DNA from: Macrostomum lignano
Taxonomy: Eukaryota
Length of the DNA stretch: 64,000 bases
NCBI GenBank assembly: GCA_002269645.1
Contig: NIVC01000358.1
Coordinates: 1-64,000 of the forward strand
Direction: 5' to 3'
The notes under the pieces are model-generated. The model ran no database searches, had not been told where the DNA came from, and saw only the letters and a list, made by a program, of their open reading frames with translations. Positions within the stretch are counted from its first letter, which is position 1. Each line of letters starts with the position of its first letter. Shown piece after piece: positions 60,810 through 64,000 of the stretch. The position numbers and the translations under genes are program-made.

Positions 60810-61670
60810 AGATTCAAGGGAGATTTCATGTACAGATTCTAGGGAGATTATCATGTACAGATGTTTCAAGGGTATAATCATGTGCAGATTCAAGGGAGGT
60901 AGATATAATCATGTACAGATTCAAGGGAGATTATCATGTACAGATTCAATTATCATGTACAGATTCAAGGTACAGATTCTAGGGAGATTATCATGTACAG
61001 ATTCAAGGGAGATTATCATGTACAGATTCAAGGGAGATTATCATGTACAGATTCTAGGGAGATTATCATGTACAGATTCAATATATCATGTACAGATTCA
61101 AGGGGTATAATCATGTGCAGATTCAAGGAGATTATCATGTACAGATTCTAGGGAGATTATCATGTACAGATTCAAGTATTCATGTACAGATTCAAGGGGT
61201 ATAATCATGTACAGATTCTAGGGAGATTATCATATACAGATTCAAGGGTATATCATGTACAGATTCAAGGGGTATATCATGTACAGATAGGGAGATTATC
61301 ATGTACAGATTCAAGGGAGATTATCATGTACAGATTCAAGGGGTATAATCATGTGCAGATTCAAGGGAGATTATCATGTACAGATTCAAGGGTATAATCA
61401 TGTACAGATTCTAGGGAGATTTCATGTACAGATTCAAGGGGTATAATCATGTACAGATTCAAGGGGTATATCATGTACAGATTCAAGGGAGATTATCATG
61501 TACAGATTCAAGGGGTATATCATATACAGATTCAAGGGAGATTATCATGTACAGATTCAAGGTATAATCATGTACAGATTCAAGGGAGATCATGTACAGA
61601 TTCAAGGAGATTATCATGTACAGATTCAAGGGTATAATCATGTGCAGATTCAAGGGAGACTATCATGTAA
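60810..61670. repeat. 25-bp unit minisatellite (TCATGTACAGATTCAAGGGAGATTA)
   Basis: About 35 copies filling NEK4 intron 2. Confidence 0.95.
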
Positions 61671-61695
61671 AAAACATGCTAAAATGGCGACTCAC

Positions 61696-62376
61696 CTGGC
61701 GAATTGAGCCCCAAATGTTCGCGACGCCTTCGACGAGCGGCCGTGTTAACTCTGGGCGAAGCTTCAACAACAGCTTTTACCGCGGATGGTGTCGCTGCTG
61801 CCGCAGCCGCGCCGCCGCAGACTCCGGCACAGCCTCAGCCTCGAGCTCCGAAGCTACCGACGAAGATTTTGGCAACTTCGGCGCTGGCGCCGGAGTCGAT
61901 GGCGCCGAGGTGCACGACGAGGAGGAATTTCGTCTAGACGATGGAGACGAAAACGGAGGCATGGAAGGTTGCGGAGCCGGCGCTGCCGATGTCGGCGGTC
62001 GAGGAGGCCGTCGGACATGCTCCTGCTGGTGCTGCTGTCGTTGAAGTTGTTGCGCCGAAGATGGCGAAGGCGGCAGCGGCTGCCGGCTGGCACTGTTTGG
62101 CGCGGTGCCAGGACGTCGCGTACTTTCTAGGAATAGTTGAATACTCCGACGAATGAACGGATCGCGCAGGATTCGATTCACGGATGGTCGTTTCTCAGGA
62201 CTGAGATTGAGCATGCTGCGCATGAGTTCAAGCAGTTCACTGCTGTACTGTGTAGGCATATCCGGTGTGCGACCTTTGAGAATCTTGTAGGACAATGAGC
62301 TGAAGTCTCTGGCGTTGAACGCGTGCTTTAGTGTGGCCATTTCGTACACGCAGCAGCCGAGAGCCCACACGTCCGA
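61696..62376 (-). CDS. NEK4: NEK4 exon 2 (end of kinase domain + low-complexity linker), 1-nt frameshift near 61810
   Basis: attcccag|TCG GAC GTG TGG: SDVWALGCCVYEMATLKHAFNA...RPSVNRILRDPFI. Donor CCA G|gtgagt is reached only if a G is restored in a GCG run. Confidence 0.85.
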
Positions 62377-62397
62377 CTGGGAATGGTAGGGTAGCAT

Positions 62398-62690
62398 TTG
62401 GATTCTATTCTACCGGATATTGGAATTCCATTCTACCGGATATTGGAATTCTATTCTCTACCAGATATCGGAATTCTATTCTACCAGAAAGTGGAATTCT
62501 ATTCTCTACCAGATATTGGAATTCTATTCTCTACCAGATATTGGAATTCTATTCTACCAGATATCAGACTACTATTCTACCGGATATTGGAATTCTATTC
62601 TACCGGATATTGGAATTCTATTCTACCGGATATTGGAATTCTATTCTACCGGATATCACACTACTATTCTACCGGATATTAGAATTCTAA
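62398..62690. repeat. ~23-bp unit minisatellite (TTCTACCGGATATTGGAATTCTA)
   Basis: About 12 copies abutting the exon-2 acceptor. Confidence 0.9.
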
Positions 62691-62824
62691 GACTTCTCAG
62701 ATTTAGTATATTAGATTGTACCATATATAAGAGTTCCATTCTACTAGATTATTAAATCAATTCTATGATCAGTCTACTAGACTTTAGAATCAAGAATAGT
62801 CCTAAACAATAAACCAGCACAAAC

Positions 62825-63376
62825 CTTGTGATTATAGGGCTTGTTAGAGAACAGCTCCGGGCTCATATAGTATGGTGTACCAATAAGCGTCTTGGCCATA
62901 TCATTGGATGAGTCCAGCACCCGAGCAATCCCAAGGTCGCCAACTTTGATAATTTTAGATCTTGTCAAAAAGATATTCTGAGTTTTTAAATCTCTGTGCA
63001 AAATGTTTCTCTCGTGCATGTATTGCAAAGCCATGGCAACCTGGACGAACCATTCCACTATTTGCCTCTCTGGCAGCGGTACACCTTTCTGCTCTTTAAG
63101 CTTCGTGTACACGTCGCCACCTTCGCAATAGGCCATCACAATGTAGAGGATACCCTCCAGTTCAAATGAGTCCCTATAGCCAACTATGTTGGGATGCTTC
63201 AACTGGGACAGCAGTTTGCACTCCTGCTCAGCACTCTTGCGCTCTTTCTGGCTAGCATTGACCAGGCTGATCTTCTTCAACACATACTGGCGCCTATCTT
63301 TCTGATGCTTGGACAGCCACACCTCTCCATAGCTGCCTTTCCCTATCTGCTTGATTAGCTGATACTCGCCAAGCAT
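62825..63376 (-). CDS. NEK4: NIMA-related kinase NEK4, first coding exon
   Basis: IGKGSYGEV, QYVLKK, EQECKLLSQLKHPNIV, HRDLKTQNIFL, VGDLGIARVL, GTPYYMSPELFSNKPYNHK|gtttgt; the DLG motif and overall sequence are characteristic of NEK4. Confidence 0.93.
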
Positions 63377-64000
63377 GGATTGAAGGCCTGCAAAAACAGT
63401 CGCTTGCAATTGATAGAAACTAATACTGATTTTATGGAAATCAGTTCTAGTTAGTCAAAAAATACAAATCAAATAAAATACTAATACATGTATCTCGATC
63501 CTATTGTTTACATTGCTAAGCGTCTCTAACCCAAAAGCCAGATTCATCAAATTTTAAAATTGATAGAATGGCATTTAGGATCCAACTTTAATTATTCAAA
63601 AATTCAAGTTAATTTAAATATGACCCACACAATGACAAAATACTAAATAACAGCATAATATTTATTATATGTCTATATGCCTATCAACAAAGAGGGGGTC
63701 ATTTCATAAGCCAAAATTATACCATGTGTTGGACTTTGAATAAAAACAAATTTATATAGTATTATCTTATGGGTTTTATCTTGTTTATTTTTTTGAGAAA
63801 TTGCTATATAAAGGGCTCAAAAGGTAGAGTTGGACAATAAGTATGCTTAAAATTGTCATTAAGAAACAAAATGGGCTCAATCAACAATTATTGTACAATT
63901 TTACCACAGTTATAACTGTTTTACATCTGTTATTTGTCTTGTTTGGCATAGTAATATACTGAATAGCATCATTGTATCATAAGTTAAGTTAGTTTTTAAT

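Noticed and set aside
61775-61785. Alternative NEK4 donor CG|gtaaaa that would avoid the frameshift
   Set aside because: Its phase 2 leads to immediate stops at both candidate downstream acceptors (60762, 60727).

Overview
Eukaryotic (metazoan) genomic DNA with spliced genes: GC-rich exons, AT-rich introns packed with minisatellites, and GT-AG junctions. The style suggests a flatworm such as Macrostomum; this is inference, not a database match. From left to right: (1) an 8-exon otopetrin-family proton-channel gene on the minus strand (1860-23377), most of whose introns carry one or more distinct tandem arrays; (2) a DRAK/STK17-like kinase on the plus strand, head-to-head with otopetrin. Its ~14.9-kb last intron contains a degenerate CsRn1-type Ty3/Gypsy LTR element and an entire antisense MBOAT lysophospholipid acyltransferase gene; (3) a tandem cluster of intronless genes encoding an unusual C-x4-C-x15-C-x2-H zinc motif, a coiled coil and an NHL-like propeller: two intact copies, one frameshifted copy, one pseudogene and one orphan 5' fragment, interspersed with foldback/MITE elements; (4) a NEK4 kinase gene on the minus strand with a CORE-like SINE in its last intron. 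Four conserved exons carry single-base indels at short homopolymers, which most likely reflects long-read assembly error. No rRNA, tRNA or CRISPR array is supported. The long ORFs in the supplied track between 8.4 and 18.4 kb are artefacts of tandem repeats.
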